Shown: positions 61,410 through 64,000 of the stretch, in pieces
Position numbering within the stretch: position 1 is the first letter of the stretch
Layout of the letters: every line of letters begins with the position of its first letter
From: Veleropilina oligotropha
Lineage: Eukaryota
NCBI GenBank assembly: GCA_048128005.1
Contig: JBEUKZ010000084.1
Coordinates: 372,001 to 436,000, forward strand
DNA length: 64,000 nucleotides
Direction: 5' to 3'
The notes under the pieces: model-generated
Database searches by the model: none
What the model was told of the DNA's origin: nothing
The model's input: the letters and a program-made list of their open reading frames with translations, nothing else
Position numbers and translations under genes: made by a program

Positions 61410-61501
61410 TCAGTAGCATCAACAGTTCCTCGAGCGGTTCTACCAAGTCTCACTCTCCGAGTCATCACTACCGCTACCGCAATGGCACCCAGATGACCGC
61501 G
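61355..61501 (+). CDS. MTSS1: MTSS1-like exon (TPPSSPSSLGSRKSSMCS...QMTA)
   Basis: cctcag / gtaagt; TPPSSPS..SRKSS.CS MIM motif. Confidence 0.92.
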
Positions 61502-63336
61502 GTAAGTACTGAAATGGCTACCAATGGATCGTCTTCACTCTGTATAACAGAATGTGTAACAAGCTGAAAAATGGGTGGTTAAATAATGGATATTCTATAA
61601 AAATAAATAAAGGCATTAATTTCATTGATATATAATGATTATTTATAGCTCTACAGGTTACAGCATCCGTAGGACTTTATAGAAACTTATCACTGGTATG
61701 GCTTATTCTAATGCTTTAAACAATAAAATTAGCGCCTTAATGCTATACTTCTATAACATATATTACACAACGGCTCTTTTGTTTTAACGAGGTTGGTATT
61801 CAGCGTGAACACCTTGTTTTCAATGACGATTCAAAAGTAGGGTGGTATAGCCATACCAACCTACTTTTCACTCTATACCGACCTGCGTCCGTGCAAGACG
61901 GATAAAGCTGATCACAAGATAAATTGACAACAAAGGAGCTAATTGGCCGTTGTGTAAGTCTGTTACAAACCTCGTTAGTCGGTATTCATCTATTTGAAAG
62001 ACCTGCTTCCGTGCTGTAACACCTCGACCGCTCCGCGGTCTCGGTGTCACGATCCGCACGGGCGCAGGTCTTTCAAATCGATGAATACCTCAAACTCGGT
62101 TAGTAACCTATACAGACCGGGTTGACGTGCCTTTCATACCCTACCTTATATATCCGAAACAGGTACCCGTCGGGAACTGTTTTCGCTAAAAATACTTATT
62201 AAAAATACAGTAAAATGCATTGTAAATGCTTATGTAATATAAATAGGCATTTGTTTATACGTACCAGTTAACGTTTGGTAATTATATTGTCATTATTCAT
62301 AATTAAGCCCTATTGTTTAACTGTCAAACTTGAATTGAATGGATCCGCCTCGTATTCGTATTTGTGATATGTAAAATATGATTTTGACAAAATGCGGAAC
62401 AGAACAAAATGCGAAGCTCGCATTTAGTTTCGAACCATACTTGAGTCTTGTCAACACCTTAATGATTATCCGTTTCGGTCTTAAATCCATAAATTTCATT
62501 AATTTTTCAAATATCAGTGGCTGTCGGTAAACTTTTTGAAAGTGCCGTATCTGCATCAAATTTAGCGAAGTTGTGCATTATATGTATGTGTACATGATTC
62601 GTTTCTTATCTGTGACTAAATAATGTGACAGTAAGTATAATGCTGTACGATATTGCTTCTATTTTGAACGTTATCTAATTTCCATAATCAGCGATGAGAA
62701 ATGGCAGCTCAGCCATTAGAGTCTACGCAGGAACTAGTAGGCTCTAACGTTGTTGGAGTACTTAATGCTATAGCTCAATCGAGCTCCTGATTATAATATG
62801 ACTGAAAATATGCAGTAGCTTTAAAAGAAGTGTTGATTTATTCTTAAATATAAAGCTTAATTATTTGATTATAATCTCGTATCAATAGATAGTGCTCGTT
62901 GACTAGTGTGTTGTTCATGCATGTGTGTATTGATTCACTTTCAACACATTACAAAATGATATAAATTAAACCGATGATAATTTGAAAATCTCGATCTGCA
63001 TTATATAAAACTCATGTCGAGAGCATTTATCCGATTATTATCCCCTGATCAGCAACAATATACATATATCTCTCCGGATTGAGGTATTAATTCCTGCATT
63101 GTGATTCGTAGTTTTGGCCACGATTATTATTTTATATCGTTTTCTTTTCGATCGATCTGTTCGCATGCTACGTCGTTGATCTCAGCCTATACTATTGATT
63201 TGTCATTCTCATCCCTTATGTTGCTGAAGCATGACAGTTTATCAATCAGCCGTTGCTTCTGGCATGCCTGCGGTTGGTTTTGAAGATGATTTCTCAGAGT
63301 GCATCTAGGCATGTTTTGTCTTATTTCTCATCGCAG

Positions 63337-63456
63337 CCGCCCCCTGCCGGCACAATCCGACTAACAAGTGTGTCGTCCCAGGATTCGGGCTTTACGTCCC
63401 AGGACACCCTGTTTCTGCGCCCCGCGACACCGCCGTCATTGGCCATTCACCATCAG
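63337..63456 (+). CDS. MTSS1: MTSS1-like exon (PPPAGTIRLTSVSSQDSGFTSQDTLFLRP...)
   Basis: tcgcag / gtaggg; RL.SVSS.DSGF.SQD motif. Confidence 0.92.
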
Positions 63457-64000
63457 GTAGGGCCAACTAGACCTGGTCAGCACCAATCACGTGTGGCTGT
63501 CCATACACACGTTCTATCGTACATGCAATCTATTTTAGTGCGTGTGCAGTCAGTTTCATATTTATCGTTGCGTGGCTTTGCATTTTGCATGTACACAATC
63601 TAACAACAGATTTATGATCAATAATTTCTCACGATACCAATTTTGCGAACAGTTATAGGTAATATTATGCATGTTCATAATCATTGGTTGTGCATGCGCG
63701 CAGTAATGCTTCTTTTACATTCCTGGTTATTCGTCTCTTGCTAACAAGAATTAACCTCACACGATAGGTGCGCAATCATGAATATGCTGAATAGTAACTG
63801 CTAGAGCAAAATGTTTAAACTTTAACAGATAGATAAGCCATGTAGATTAAATAATCAGCATATATATTCATTAGGGCAGCAGGCTAATCTTTAATACATT
63901 TCTACACATAGATCTTCCTGATTATATGTTTCTGTGCCATTGAAGTTTGCATCATGTAGTATTCATCAGAATGATCATATTTTGAGTGTTAATTTTCTTT

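Noticed and set aside
61054..61416. 120-aa repetitive ORF or CRISPR-like array
   Set aside because: An out-of-frame reading of the exon-junction tandem repeat; no unique spacers, eukaryotic context.

Overview
Eukaryotic (animal, probably protostome or lophotrochozoan) genomic DNA. The first 32 kb holds four DIRS-type tyrosine-recombinase retrotransposons, all on the + strand. Three are full-length members of three divergent families: E1 82-7484, E2 9673-17023 and E3 24621-32079. The fourth is the 3' end of a second E3-family copy (E0, 1-85 and 7481-7831), whose internal complementary region (ICR) is interrupted by E1. Each full element has inverted terminal repeats, an ICR, a gag ORF, an RT-RNaseH-methyltransferase-like ORF and an overlapping tyrosine recombinase (YR) ORF. 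The host gene is an MTSS1/MIM-like I-BAR gene: nine coding exons run from 22462 to 63456, the first coding exon was not found, and the gene continues past the window. Introns carry SINEs, Helentron-like non-autonomous elements, MITEs, a LINE tail and tandem repeats. Main findings: (1) a conserved CCC-TAG-GG junction where the YR frame continues in frame after the gag stop and the RT frame is +1, suggesting one recoding site gives three proteins; (2) covarying structured RNAs in the 5' leader and 3' region of all three families, including a long-range kissing loop; (3) E1 inserted in register with a terminal motif shared by all families. Structures and alignments were made by eye, not computed.
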